IMG/VR virus record: IMGVR_UViG_3300014208_000031
Location: 64,001 to 128,000 of that record
Origin: a virus
Reading direction: 5' to 3' (one strand)
Length of the DNA stretch: 64,000 bases
Shown: piece by piece, positions 1-10,537 of the stretch
How positions within the stretch are numbered: position 1 is the stretch's first letter
Layout of the letters: the number at the start of each line of letters is the position of its first letter
The notes under the pieces: model-generated
The model's database searches: none
The model's input: only the letters and a program-made list of their open reading frames with translations
Told to the model about the DNA's origin: nothing
Translations under genes and position numbers: made by a program

Positions 1-3000
1 GCGAATTCTGGGAACATAATTTTAGGAGTATCAGTAGACGAACAATCTATACGTTCGGCTGAAAATAGAATTCGTGGGTTAATTAAAGGTAATCAAGCAA
101 TTAACCTTAAAGTCAATACAACTGGACTTGGTAGAATTAGTAGTGATGTAGCCCAATTTTCCAAATCGCTAGAAAGTGCGCAGGCAAGAACTTTGGCATT
201 CGTTTCTGCTACTACATTATTATATGGAGTTGGTACTGCCGTAAAATCTATCGCGAGCGCATTTATCGAAACGGAGGCCCGGTTCAAATCAATTCAAATT
301 GTCCTTAATACAACTACACAAAAATTTGACAAATTTAAATCTTCTTTATTTGATATAGCTCGTAACACCGGAAAATCCTTCGAGGAAGCGGCTTCGGCGG
401 CAGAAGAACTGGCGCGCCAAGGTCTAAAAGTAGAAGAAGTTCAAAATAGAGTTAACGCAGCTTTAATATTATCTCGGCAATCAGGATTAGGAACGGCGGA
501 GGCAGTAAAAGCTCTAACTGCTGCAACCAACTCATTTAATAAATCTGCTTTAGATCAAATTGGTATTGTTAATAAGTTAGCAAATGTTGATGCTAACTTT
601 GCTGTATCTTCAAAGGATTTAGTTGAATCACTATCTCGCGCAGGCGCTACCGCACAAGACGCTGGTATTAGTTTTGAGAAATTACTATCTTTAACCGCTT
701 CACTTCAGCAAACAACCGCGCGCGGCGGTGCTGTCATTGGTAACGCTTTAAGATCAATATTTACTAGAATTGAACGGGGTTCTACATTAGATGCACTTCA
801 ACAATTTGGTGTTGCAACAAGAGACTTGCAAGGAAATGTTTTAGCTGTTGACCAAGTATTAAAAAATCTAGCTAATACTTATAAAACATTGAGTCAAGCT
901 GAACAGGCTGCGCTATCCGAAAAAGTCGCAGGCATTCAACAAATTAACCAATTAAAAGCTTTGTTAAGTGATTTAAGTAAGGGTAATTCAATCTATGCAC
1001 AGTCTTTAGCTGTCTCCACCGAAGAAACAAACTCTGCTATCGAAAGAAATAAGGCTTTAAATCAGACTTTACAAACAAACTTAAATGCTATTAAAACAAC
1101 TGCTACTCAATTTAGTTCGGTTTTTGGTAAACTAGTATTTCAACCAACGATTAAAGGCGGCGCGGACTTTGCGCAAAATGTTTTAGGCTCTTTAAACAAT
1201 CAAGATCAAGATAGTAAATCCGCCGGACAGAAACTCGCCGAAGGATTTTTAAGTGGATTTGGAAAAGCGTTAGCTGGCCCCGGCGCGGTTATTGGTATTA
1301 GTGCTATTGTTAATGTAGTAAAACAATTAGGTAAATTTTCTTTTAGTGTTTTAAGTGATTACGCAGCTTTAAATAGTGCTTCTAAATCTCAGGGTTCTAT
1401 TCAAAATGCTATAAATCAAATTTTAGCTACTGGTAATGGTAAATATATTGAAAGATTGGCCCGCGCCCGCTCAATTAAGGAAGAAGAGTTAGCCATTAAA
1501 AGTATAATGTTAGAAATTAACGCTTTGCAAGTTCAGCAAGGAGCGCGAAACTTTAGTGCTGTTCAAAATATTGCTAGAAATAGAGGCGGAGTTACACCTG
1601 AAGGTAGTTTTAAAATACCACGGGCGTCCGGCGGATTTCTTCCTGTGAATCAAGAACAAAATGATATAAATCGGGGTGTCGGCGGGGCATCGCGTTCGGC
1701 CCGGCCTAAAGTTATTCCAAACTTTAATTTCGGCGGAGGCAAAAGAGGAACAGTTGTAGCTAACACTGATGAATATATTGTTCCTAATTTTGGAGGTTCT
1801 GATGGGTCGGCAATATTTAATCAACAAATGGTGGCTAGACATGGATTACCTAGTAATGCTAGAAAAATAAATGCGTCCGGCGGACTTATACCAAATTATA
1901 ATGAATTCAAAGGTTATCCTGAATTTAAAACTCCTAAAATTGGTCGGGGCGGATATTCTGGAATGGTCGGTATTGATTGGAAAAGCGTTTTAAGATATAT
2001 TAGTCCTAATCAATTTTTAGAATCTGCCTTACCATTGGATTCAAGAATTAGAGATGAAAAATCTATTAGTAATATTAGAAATAGAATACAAAAAGGACAA
2101 GAAATTGATCCGGGTTATTTACGTTTAGAAAGAGATAGAAAATCTCGGCGCGGAATCACCGGACACGAAGGGCGACATAGGGCGACAGCCGCGCTTTTGG
2201 AAGGCGTTCAAGACTTTCCAGTAGAATTTGATATTAAAGATTTTGGCCGCGCGCCAAGTTTATATCAGGATGGTAAAATTGAAGAAATATTGGCTCAAAA
2301 ATATTACCCAGAAGCAACAATGACTGGAAATCTTAGTGGATTCGACAACAAAGTAAGACCGGTTCAATTTAATTTTAGACGCGGCGGAAACAGATTATTA
2401 AGTCAATTTTCGCGCGGACTTATTCCCAATTACTTCAACAAATACAACAAACAAGAAGCAAATTATAATGGAGCTTTAATTGATAAAGATTATAAATATA
2501 TTTACGCAGACCAAAACGAAGCAATCAGTAAAAGTAAAAGGTTAGCCGCGCGGGCTAAGGGTTTTGAATTATTGAATCCAGATGACGTTAATTTTCTAGC
2601 TAGAAATGAAGAAATACTAAAAGGCCATAAATTAAAAATAATTGATCCAACTGCTCAACTTACCAAGAATGGAACTGGCAGTTTTCTAAATATTTTATCA
2701 GCTAATTCTTTCAAAGGCGATAAATATAATGAAGCCAGATTATTAAAATTAGGAAAAGTTTCTCCACTGGCGGGGTTTTTGAAATCTAGAGGAATAAGTA
2801 ATCAAAATTTTTTAAAAGCTAAAAAAGCTATTGCACAAAAATTTGGAAATAATTTTTTCATTAAAGCAAAAGAAGGCGGCGGCTCAAATTTTGAAGAAAG
2901 TAATGAAGTATTTTCATCTAATAAAGGTATTTCAAAATTAAAAGATATTGACCCAGAACAATATTATATTCAAGAGGGAATTAAAAATACTACAGGGCTA

Positions 3001-6000
3001 GAATATCGAGTTAATTTAGCTGGCGTGGGTAAAGGTGCTCAAGTATTGGGTCGCGGAGCTTATATTAAAGATGAATATAAAGAAGTCGATCCAAATTTAA
3101 GCGATGCTCCTTCAAGTTTAATTTCAGCGGTTAAATCTGGACGAATTGAAGATTATTTAAAATCTCAAATAGCTATTAGACAAGCGAAACAAGTATTATT
3201 GAATGCCCCGGAAAGAGTCCGGCGCGGCTCAATTACAGGATTTGACGTTTTAGAAACCAACAAAAGTGGATTAGGACTGCTTGGACAGTATTTAGGAATA
3301 GGAAAGGGTGGCGGAGTTGTCGAAGCAAACTTTAGCCAAGACGACCAAGGAAAAGGTCAAGCTGGATATTCTGGATATTTAGACAAATTAGGAGTTTTAA
3401 TTCCGGCGGCTCAAGCTTTGATTAAAAACAATGGAGGATTTGCTGGTGGATTAATTCCCAATTTCAATTTATCTAATAGTCTATTAAATGCCGGAGTAGG
3501 ATTAGATGATAAAGCTAAATTATTAGCACAAATATTGGGCGGATCAAACAGTCCATTAAAAACCGCTATAAACAGAGAGAAAAACGCTGGAATTCCATTA
3601 GATCAGATAAAAGTAGAAAATCATCCAAGTTTAGTGTCCGGCGCGAATCCGGGCGGACTGGCTGTAACTAATAAAATTGATGAACCGGGCGGAATATCTC
3701 AGGGAATATCTCGCGCGATTAAAGAAGGTAGAAATCCTAAAACTTACGGAGCAAGTAAGGGATTGATTCCGAATTATGCTTTACCAAAACCCCCAACTTT
3801 ACTTTCTGGCGCTCCCGCCGCACTACAAGAAGAATTTTTACAAGAATTGTTAAGAGAATTTGCTAAAAAAGCCGCTCTAGAAAATCAAAAAGGATTTTTT
3901 AGTGGAAGAAAATCTGGTAAAATATTAAAAGATTTTGAACAAGAATTAAAGGCGTCGCCGGGATTTGCTAGATTGGGTCAAGCTTCGCAAGATAGATTTG
4001 ATCTAGAAACGTCTAATGTTCAAGCGGCACAGGCAGACAGACGTAGAGGAAAAGTTCAAGGAGCGGCTTTTACAGCGGCTATCGGAGCGCCCATTTTAAC
4101 TAATGCTTTAACATCTTTATCTCCAGCAAATGATAAAACATCCAGACAAATTAACGCGGTTGGAGAATCCGCCGGAACTGGATTAAGTTTGGCTGCAACA
4201 TTCGGATTTAGTCCTTTTGGCATTGCCGTCGGCGCGGCTACTACAGCTTTAGGTTCATTAAGAGGAATAGCTGATGCTAGTAGAAAAAGTTTAGAAGATT
4301 TAACTAAAGAAGTTGATGATACGCGCGGGACATTTGAAGGAAATAAAAATGCCTCGGCTGGTGTGTTTCAAGGCCGTGAACAACTAAAAGATTTAATAAA
4401 TTCTGGAGCTTCAAGTAAAGAAATAGATTTAGTTTCAAGAAACATTCAAGATTTAATTACTTCGATTGATGATCCAAGTTTAAGAAACAAAGTGGTCGGA
4501 GCTAAAACTAACGATGAGCAACTTAATATTTTAGCAGAAATTTCGTCAGCCCAAGCCAAAGCTGTTGCAGAAAAAGGTATAGGAGTGGGTCTAGAATCTA
4601 TAATTGGTAAAAATCGTGATATTTTTAAAGACAAATTTGGCGATACACAAAATATTCTGCTTAATAAACAAGATAGAACAGATGTAACTAGCTTAATTAG
4701 AAGTGCTTTACCCTTAGAGTCAGATGCAACTAAACGCACCGGACAAATTAAGGGTTTAGAAGATTTAAATACCAAGGGAGATTTTGGTTTAGAAAGTTTA
4801 CAACGTGTGCTAGGCACACTAAATATTAGTTCCGACGCCTTAAAACAATTTAATCAATTAGCATTAATCGAACAAGAACTTATTGTTAAAAACGTTGTTC
4901 AACGAAACTTGTCCGCCGATGCGCTCAGAAAAGAAAATGAGAATCTAAAAGTTTATACTCAGTCGGTGGTAAATCTAGGAAGACTACTAGATAAATTACA
5001 AACTTCAACAAATTTTAAATTTGATTTAGGTAATATTAGAGATTCTGGAACTAGAAATCGCGCGTTATCCGGGGCAAATCAAGCTTTAGGGACTTTAGGT
5101 AATTTTATTACTCCTGAATCTCAAAATAGATTTGAAAATAGAAATAAAGAGTTTGAGATTAAAAATGAATTAATAACTAGCACTAACGACATTAGTAAAA
5201 GTTTTATTAACAGTTTTGATTCTTTACCAAGTTTAGTTGAAGAAGCTTTTAAGAAATTCACTACCGGAAACGGAGAAGGCGAAGGTAAAAATATTTCCGG
5301 AAAATCTGAATCATTAAAAAATACTTTACAACAATTAAGAGCAAATGTTTTAGCTGCCGGCGGCAATCCAGTTGACGCAGCAAATTCTGGCGTTGAAAAA
5401 ATAAACGAACAAATTAAATTACTTGGAGGACAAGACGGTAAATTAAATAAACCCTTAATTGACGCTCTAATCAAATTTAGAGACGAGGGGTTGAGCATTC
5501 CTGTGGAGTTAGCCCGCGCTCAAAGTGAGGAAGCAAGACTTTTACAAGCTAATACCAACAAACTTAACGAACTAAACCTTTCTATAACAAAACAATTAAG
5601 TTTCCTCGGCGGACGAAGCTTTAAGGATTTACCGTCCGCGGACTTCAGTGATATTAAAGGTGGTTTAAGTCAAGGAAAAACAATTAGAGATTCAATTAAC
5701 GGACCTTTTAGTAAAAGAATATTTAAATCGCGCGGATCAAGTTTCCAAGATTTCTTCCAAGGTCAACAAATTGATGAAGAAGCGGAAAACTCTCGTCGTG
5801 GAAATGTATTTTCTAAATTGGCGGGCGGAAAACTTCAAGCTTTTAAAGAAGGATTTTTAGATGGAAATCCCGAACAAATTAACCAAGCAAGATTTGAAGT
5901 TGCGAAAGCTTACGAAGCCAGACAAACAGAAACTTTAGATAAATTAATTAAAGATGCTCAAAATTCTGGAGATTTTGAATTCGCAGATCAATTAAGAAGT

Positions 6001-7971
6001 AAAAAAACAGGGGTGTCTGGAAATGCAGCACTTTTAGCGGCGAAAGACATTCCGTTTGATCAAAAAAACTTAAATACTCCCTTCGGCCCGGAAGGCGCGT
6101 TTAAAGAGTTAAGTGCTAGTTTAACCGGATTAAAAACTAGTTTTGACGCTGGGATAACAGGTAATTTTAATTTATTATTTGACAATTCTAAAACGGCGGC
6201 AAGCGCATTACTTGATTTAGCTAAAGCAACTAAAGAAGTAAGTGATATTAATGCTGTTGCTGCAAAAAATATAGAAATGGTAGCATTAAATGAGCAAAAG
6301 AAAGAGTTAGAGGGTAAAAAACTTGGCTTATTACAATCTCAAACAGCAAAAGACGAAGAAAATAAATCATTTTTTCAACAACTAGATAAAACTGCGCCGT
6401 CAAAAAGTTTGTTTGGTAGAAGATTAGATGAAAAAGCTGTTGGGGCAGAATTAGGAATTGATCCACAACAAATTCGTAGGTTTAACGATTTTGGACAACA
6501 ATATGCTAATCAAAAAGATTCTAAATTCACAGATTATTCTAGGAACGTTGGCGGATTAGGATTTAATGAACAACAATTAGGCTCTTTATATGATAAACAA
6601 TTTCAACCGGATCAAAATCATTTTAAAAATCCTGAATTAGAGAAATTACAAAGAGATGCTGTTGACAGAGATAAGAGAAAAACTTTAAATTATGTTTATT
6701 CAACCAATCAGCAATTAGGTAATACTCCAAATAATCAATCAGAAATTAAAAAACTACAAGATCAAATAGATGAATTACAAAGACAATTAGATGAAAAAAA
6801 TAAACCTGAAAATAAAGCCGCCGGATATATTCCTAAATATGCGGGCGGATTAATCAGTTCATTAAAAGCCGAACAAAAAGCTATTAGTTCTGGAGTCGGT
6901 GGTGCGCGAGCGGGCGATAAACCCTATCTAACGCAAATTAAAGGATTAGGCCCGGCGGTTGTTAACACTGGAGAATCTATAATAAGAAACTTTGCAGGTG
7001 GCGGAGATGCAGTATTAAACAGAAAGATGAAAAAATCTTTAGGTATAAATAATTACGCCGACGGAAATATTGATTTATCTAAATTATCTGAAAAAGATAT
7101 AAGATATGGAGATAATATCGTAGCAAATGATGAATTGAGTAGATTAGCCGCTGCCTATAAAAAAGATGGAATTGAAGGGGTCAAAAGATGTATTGCTATT
7201 TTAAATAGTGGTAATGAAAATTTAGTTGCTAATAAAGCTGGAGGGTACTTTGGAGATGAAGAAATTGATAAATTTTATCAAGAATCTTTAAGAATTAAAG
7301 GTGTTAATCGTTTCGATAAAAATCGTTTTCAAAATTATACTAACCGGGAAAGAAAAAATAATTTCGGCGGAAGCAAAATATTTGGAGACGATTTTAATAA
7401 CCAGTCTAATATATTTAATTCTCAATTTGCTGGTAGCTCACAATACAAAGGAATAGATATTCAAGAAAGAATTAGAAACCAAGGCAGCGCATTTAGCCCA
7501 GTCTCAATTCAATCGTCCGGTGGATTACGTTCAGGTAGTCTCCAAGGACCGCAAAGATACGGCTCGCGCGAACTTAATTCTGATGAAATCGAAAGAGATG
7601 CTAGAAGAAATAGCGGAAGAAATCAAAATAGATATGATAGAAATGTTGGCCGCGCGACGAATGAAGTTGATTCTCTTAAAAAGGAATTAGAAGATTTAAG
7701 AAATAAAGTTGGTCAACAAAATAATAATACTACAAATAATTCACAAAATTCTGTTAATAATAGTGAGAAAAATGGACCCATAGATGTTTCCCATACTATT
7801 AAAATCGAAATTAACGGAAATATAACTGCTAAAACTGACGCGCAGACCGCCGTGATAAACGAAGAACTTGCAAATTTTAAAACAAGGGTTGAGGCTCGTT
7901 TGGCTTCCCTTGAGGCCGCAACTCCGGGGGCAAAACCCGTGCCTCCCATTGCAAATCGCGGGGCTAGTTAA
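1..7971 (+). CDS. Tail tape measure protein (TP901 family) with internal cargo domains; 5' end lies outside the window
   Basis: Frame 1 is open from base 1 (ANSGNIILGVSVDEQ...). The N-terminus has TP901/PhageMin_Tail-like sequence (ELARQGL, LANVDANFAVSSKDL, GAVIGNALRSIFTRI). A hydrophobic segment lies at about 4050-4260 and there are long helical regions. It precedes the tail-tip genes. Confidence 0.9.
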   Translation, partial: ANSGNIILGVSVDEQSIRSAENRIRGLIKGNQAINLKVNTTGLGRISSDVAQFSKSLESAQARTLAFVSATTLLYGVGTAVKSIASAFIETEARFKSIQIVLNTTTQKFDKFKSSLFDIARNTGKSFEEAASAAEELARQGLKVEEVQNRVNAALILSRQSGLGTAEAVKALTAATNSFNKSALDQIGIVNKLANVDANFAVSSKDLVESLSRAGATAQDAGISFEKLLSLTASLQQTTARGGAVIGNALRSIFTRIERGSTLDALQQFGVATRDLQGNVLAVDQVLKNLANTYKTLSQAEQAALSEKVAGIQQINQLKALLSDLSKGNSIYAQSLAVSTEETNSAIERNKALNQTLQTNLNAIKTTATQFSSVFGKLVFQPTIKGGADFAQNVLGSLNNQDQDSKSAGQKLAEGFLSGFGKALAGPGAVIGISAIVNVVKQLGKFSFSVLSDYAALNSASKSQGSIQNAINQILATGNGKYIERLARARSIKEEELAIKSIMLEINALQVQQGARNFSAVQNIARNRGGVTPEGSFKIPRASGGFLPVNQEQNDINRGVGGASRSARPKVIPNFNFGGGKRGTVVANTDEYIVPNFGGSDGSAIFNQQMVARHGLPSNARKINASGGLIPNYNEFKGYPEFKTPKIGRGGYSGMVGIDWKSVLRYISPNQFLESALPLDSRIRDEKSISNIRNRIQKGQEIDPGYLRLERDRKSRRGITGHEGRHRATAALLEGVQDFPVEFDIKDFGRAPSLYQDGKIEEILAQKYYPEATMTGNLSGFDNKVRPVQFNFRRGGNRLLSQFSRGLIPNYFNKYNKQEANYNGALIDKDYKYIYADQNEAISKSKRLAARAKGFELLNPDDVNFLARNEEILKGHKLKIIDPTAQLTKNGTGSFLNILSANSFKGDKYNEARLLKLGKVSPLAGFLKSRGISNQNFLKAKKAIAQKFGNNFFIKAKEGGGSNFEESNEVFSSNKGISKLKDIDPEQYYIQEGIKNTTGLEYRVNLAGVGKGAQVLGRGAYIKDEYKEVDPNLSDAPSSLISAVKSGRIEDYLKSQIAIRQAKQVLLNAPERVRRGSITGFDVLETNKSGLGLLGQYLGIGKGGGVVEANFSQDDQGKGQAGYSGYLDKLGVLIPAAQALIKNNGGFAGGLIPNFNLSNSLLNAGVGLDDKAKLLAQILGGSNSPLKTAINREKNAGIPLDQIKVENHPSLVSGANPGGLAVTNKIDEPGGISQGISRAIKEGRNPKTYGASKGLIPNYALPKPPTLLSGAPAALQEEFLQELLREFAKKAALENQKGFFSGRKSGKILKDFEQELKASPGFARLGQASQDRFDLETSNVQAAQADRRRGKVQGAAFTAAIGAPILTNALTSLSPANDKTSRQINAVGESAGTGLSLAATFGFSPFGIAVGAATTALGSLRGIADASRKSLEDLTKEVDDTRGTFEGNKNASAGVFQGREQLKDLINSGASSKEIDLVSRNIQDLITSIDDPSLRNKVVGAKTNDEQLNILAEISSAQAKAVAEKGIGVGLESIIGKNRDIFKDKFGDTQNILLNKQDRTDVTSLIRSALPLESDATKRTGQIKGLEDLNTKGDFGLESLQRVLGTLNISSDALKQFNQLALIEQELIVKNVVQRNLSADALRKENENLKVYTQSVVNLGRLLDKLQTSTNFKFDLGNIRDSGTRNRALSGANQALGTLGNFITPESQNRFENRNKEFEIKNELITSTNDISKSFINSFDSLPSLVEEAFKKFTTGNGEGEGKNISGKSESLKNTLQQLRANVLAAGGNPVDAANSGVEKINEQIKLLGGQDGKLNKPLIDALIKFRDEGLSIPVELARAQSEEARLLQANTNKLNELNLSITKQLSFLGGRSFKDLPSADFSDIKGGLSQGKTIRDSINGPFSKRIFKSRGSSFQDFFQGQQIDEEAENSRRGNVFSKLAGGKLQAFKEGFLDGNPEQINQARFEVAKAYEARQTETLDKLIKDAQNSGDFEFADQLRSKKTGVSGNAALLAAKDIPFDQKNLNTPFGPEGAFKELSASLTGLKTSFDAGITGNFNLLFDNSKTAASALLDLAKATKEVSDINAVAAKNIEMVALNEQKKELEGKKLGLLQSQTAKDEENKSFFQQLDKTAPSKSLFGRRLDEKAVGAELGIDPQQIRRFNDFGQQYANQKDSKFTDYSRNVGGLGFNEQQLGSLYDKQFQPDQNHFKNPELEKLQRDAVDRDKRKTLNYVYSTNQQLGNTPNNQSEIKKLQDQIDELQRQLDEKNKPENKAAGYIPKYAGGLISSLKAEQKAISSGVGGARAGDKPYLTQIKGLGPAVVNTGESIIRNFAGGGDAVLNRKMKKSLGINNYADGNIDLSKLSEKDIRYGDNIVANDELSRLAAAYKKDGIEGVKRCIAILNSGNENLVANKAGGYFGDEEIDKFYQESLRIKGVNRFDKNRFQNYTNRERKNNFGGSKIFGDDFNNQSNIFNSQFAGSSQYKGIDIQERIRNQGSAFSPVSIQSSGGLRSGSLQGPQRYGSRELNSDEIERDARRNSGRNQNRYDRNVGRATNEVDSLKKELEDLRNKVGQQNNNTTNNSQNSVNNSEKNGPIDVSHTIKIEINGNITAKTDAQTAVINEELANFKTRVEARLASLEAATPGAKPVPPIANRGAS

Positions 7972-7973
7972 AT

Positions 7974-7981
7974 AGTGTAAA
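7974..7981 (+). promoter_or_regulatory. AGTGTAAA motif (putative late promoter), followed by AGGAATAAG
   Basis: The same motif recurs upstream of genes at 10762, 12857, 38711 and 55468 (+), and at 10719, 41424, 45755 and 60282 (-). Confidence 0.6.
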
Positions 7982-8014
7982 ATAAAATGTTAATTAAAGG
8001 AATAAGAAAATTTT

Positions 8015-9661
8015 ATGTTAAGCTTTAGCGGGGCTAGTCTACTTTCACAAAATCGTCAAAATCAATTTTTTGGCGACAGTTTTAGATATGCGATCAAAGA
8101 TTCATACACAATAAACGGATATTTATTGGACTTAAAAAACGTTTCTGGGATTTCTGGGATATTAACTCAGTTGAGCGGTATGAGTTTAGAAACGCAAGAT
8201 AACCAAATTATTTTAATTAATGGAACGTACTTTGGCCTTGGCCGGATAAACAGCCTAAATTTTGCAGAAGGGGTAGATGTCAAATTAAAAAATTATACTT
8301 GTAATTTTGATATAATCAACTCTGGAAATACGTTTAATTTGCCGACAGAGCCACTTTATTCTGGCTTAGTATTAAATAATTCTAGTTATAGCGCACATTT
8401 TATTGATGAATTTAGTGAAAATTTTTCGTCTGAAGTCTCGGAAGACGGGTCATATACGGAAAATCAAGTAATTAAACTACGCTTCTATTCGGGTATTGAC
8501 GGGACTACAAAAAATCCAATAACAATGGCGCAAAATTTTGCTTCCAATCTTATCTTAACAAATGCTCCAGTGGGTTTTATAGATAGTTTTTATTCAGGCT
8601 GGCGCAGACAGCCGGGCCGCCGACAAAGACAAGAAAGTATTAATCTTATTACTAACGAAGTTAGTATTACCGAAACATTTAAAATATTAAAAGGGATTAG
8701 TGGAACTTATTCTATTAATTATATTAATAGTTTAAATGTAAATGAAAATTCAATAACCACAGTATCAGAAAAAGGACGAGTTCAAGGATTAATACCGGAT
8801 AGTAGAAATCAATATTTCCCGGCGGCTTATTCCGGCGAACAATATGAAGTAAATAATTTTTCTTATTTGCGCTGTAATAATCTATTTAATTCTTATCAAT
8901 TAGGTAGTAGTTATCCATTAAATTCTCGACGGCTAACTTATGGTCAAAGTTTGAATAAATTTAGTGATACTGTAGATTATGAGGTTTCTTACTCAAATGA
9001 TCCACGAACTAACAATTCTTACTCTTGGGAATATACTCAAAATATTGAAAGAGAAAATGGTGGATGTACTTATAGTATCTCCGAAGACGGTCAAGTAATT
9101 GGACTAAGTACCAATTGTGATCCAGCCGCGCGATATTTAAACGCTTTAACTGCTTACAGCGGAGTAAAAACGGGAGTTTATTTAAGAACTTATAATTTTT
9201 ATACCGGATTTAGTACTTTTGCTAATCCAATTAAATTAATTAATCAAAGTGAAACAAAAAGTAAATTTAATGGAGATATAAAATATCAATTTAACTATTC
9301 CGATAACCTTTTATACTCGACTAGCGGAGTCAAAAAAATGAGTATTAGTTTAACGGACGATCATGCTACGCCCGGTAAAAATCTTTTTGACATACCATCG
9401 GTCAAGCAAATAGCACAGCCAAATAATATACCTAATTTAGCAAAAAGATCATTAGAATTGGAAATTATAGGAAACCGTGGAACCAATCTTACGGGATACT
9501 TAAATTTAGCAAAAAATACTATAAATTTATATCCGCCTACCGGAACAGACGGTTATATTAGTAATTTAAATTACAGTTTCGCGCCTCTCACTAACACGTT
9601 TAATATATCAACGGAATGGGCTTACGAAGAGTCAATTAACTTAAACCAATTTATTTTATAA
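8015..9661 (+). CDS. Putative tail/baseplate structural protein (paralog of 10798..12858)
   Basis: Directly follows the TMP. Beta-rich, S/T/N/Y-rich, with segmental similarity to the 686-aa protein. Confidence 0.6.
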   Translation: MLSFSGASLLSQNRQNQFFGDSFRYAIKDSYTINGYLLDLKNVSGISGILTQLSGMSLETQDNQIILINGTYFGLGRINSLNFAEGVDVKLKNYTCNFDIINSGNTFNLPTEPLYSGLVLNNSSYSAHFIDEFSENFSSEVSEDGSYTENQVIKLRFYSGIDGTTKNPITMAQNFASNLILTNAPVGFIDSFYSGWRRQPGRRQRQESINLITNEVSITETFKILKGISGTYSINYINSLNVNENSITTVSEKGRVQGLIPDSRNQYFPAAYSGEQYEVNNFSYLRCNNLFNSYQLGSSYPLNSRRLTYGQSLNKFSDTVDYEVSYSNDPRTNNSYSWEYTQNIERENGGCTYSISEDGQVIGLSTNCDPAARYLNALTAYSGVKTGVYLRTYNFYTGFSTFANPIKLINQSETKSKFNGDIKYQFNYSDNLLYSTSGVKKMSISLTDDHATPGKNLFDIPSVKQIAQPNNIPNLAKRSLELEIIGNRGTNLTGYLNLAKNTINLYPPTGTDGYISNLNYSFAPLTNTFNISTEWAYEESINLNQFIL

Positions 9662-10537
9662 AACTGGATTTACGTTTATTTCTTTCACCCATTCAAATTC
9701 CGCTGGATTCGGCCAAGTTTGAATTAAATCGAGAAGTTGTTGTTTAGATTTGATTTTAGGAATATTCTGTGCGCGTTGCCCATCTGGTAGAATATCATTC
9801 TTAACAGAATTTTTATTATTGGAAAGTGGTCTTAAATTTTTATAGTAAGTAACCATAAATTGGGGTTCTAAAAATGCAAAATCAAATAAAGTTACTGGAA
9901 TTATATGGTCAAAAACCCATAATTTATCTTTACCATAATTTTCCCAAGTCATATTGTTGTTGAATTGATTTTCGATATAACTTCTACATTCTTTTAATCC
10001 TATTCCTAATAGGTTTTTTGAGTTTTTGTATAATTTTTTATTTTTTCTAATAACAGCAGAAATATGTCTAACGCATTTCATAATTTTAAATTCGGGTTCA
10101 GAAGATTTTATTCTTAGCCTTTTTCGTTCTCTTTCTCTAACTTTTTGTTTATTTTTCTTTTTATATGTTTTAATATCTTCGTTAACACATTTTTTACATT
10201 TAGCTCTATATCTTTTTGTATCTCTAATAATTCTTTTTATATAAAATTCATCAACTAATTTTATTACATTACAACATATGCAAATTTTTTCTGTAGGTTC
10301 AATATAAAATTTTTGGCCTTTAATTGTTGGTAGTGGCAAATTATTTTTAATATATTTATTTTCATAGTATTGTTTACTGCTACAATCTTTACATTTACTT
10401 TTTAGTATATTGTTTCCAGATAGAGAAAAACTGGAAAGCTCTAAAACTTTTTCGCATGTTTTACAAAATTTGTATCCATCTAGACAACAAAATTCATGTT
10501 TATTATAAATAAATTTTTGATGGTTATTCTGGACCAT
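9656..10537 (-). CDS. HNH/EndoVII-like homing endonuclease with N-terminal CxxC zinc-finger repeats
   Basis: CKTC...CKDC and CICC...CKKC pairs. C-terminal YIENQF...MTWENYG...WVFDHIIP...NLRPL...N.VKND. Inverted relative to its neighbours. Confidence 0.8.
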   Translation of the reverse strand: MVQNNHQKFIYNKHEFCCLDGYKFCKTCEKVLELSSFSLSGNNILKSKCKDCSSKQYYENKYIKNNLPLPTIKGQKFYIEPTEKICICCNVIKLVDEFYIKRIIRDTKRYRAKCKKCVNEDIKTYKKKNKQKVRERERKRLRIKSSEPEFKIMKCVRHISAVIRKNKKLYKNSKNLLGIGLKECRSYIENQFNNNMTWENYGKDKLWVFDHIIPVTLFDFAFLEPQFMVTYYKNLRPLSNNKNSVKNDILPDGQRAQNIPKIKSKQQLLDLIQTWPNPAEFEWVKEINVNPVL

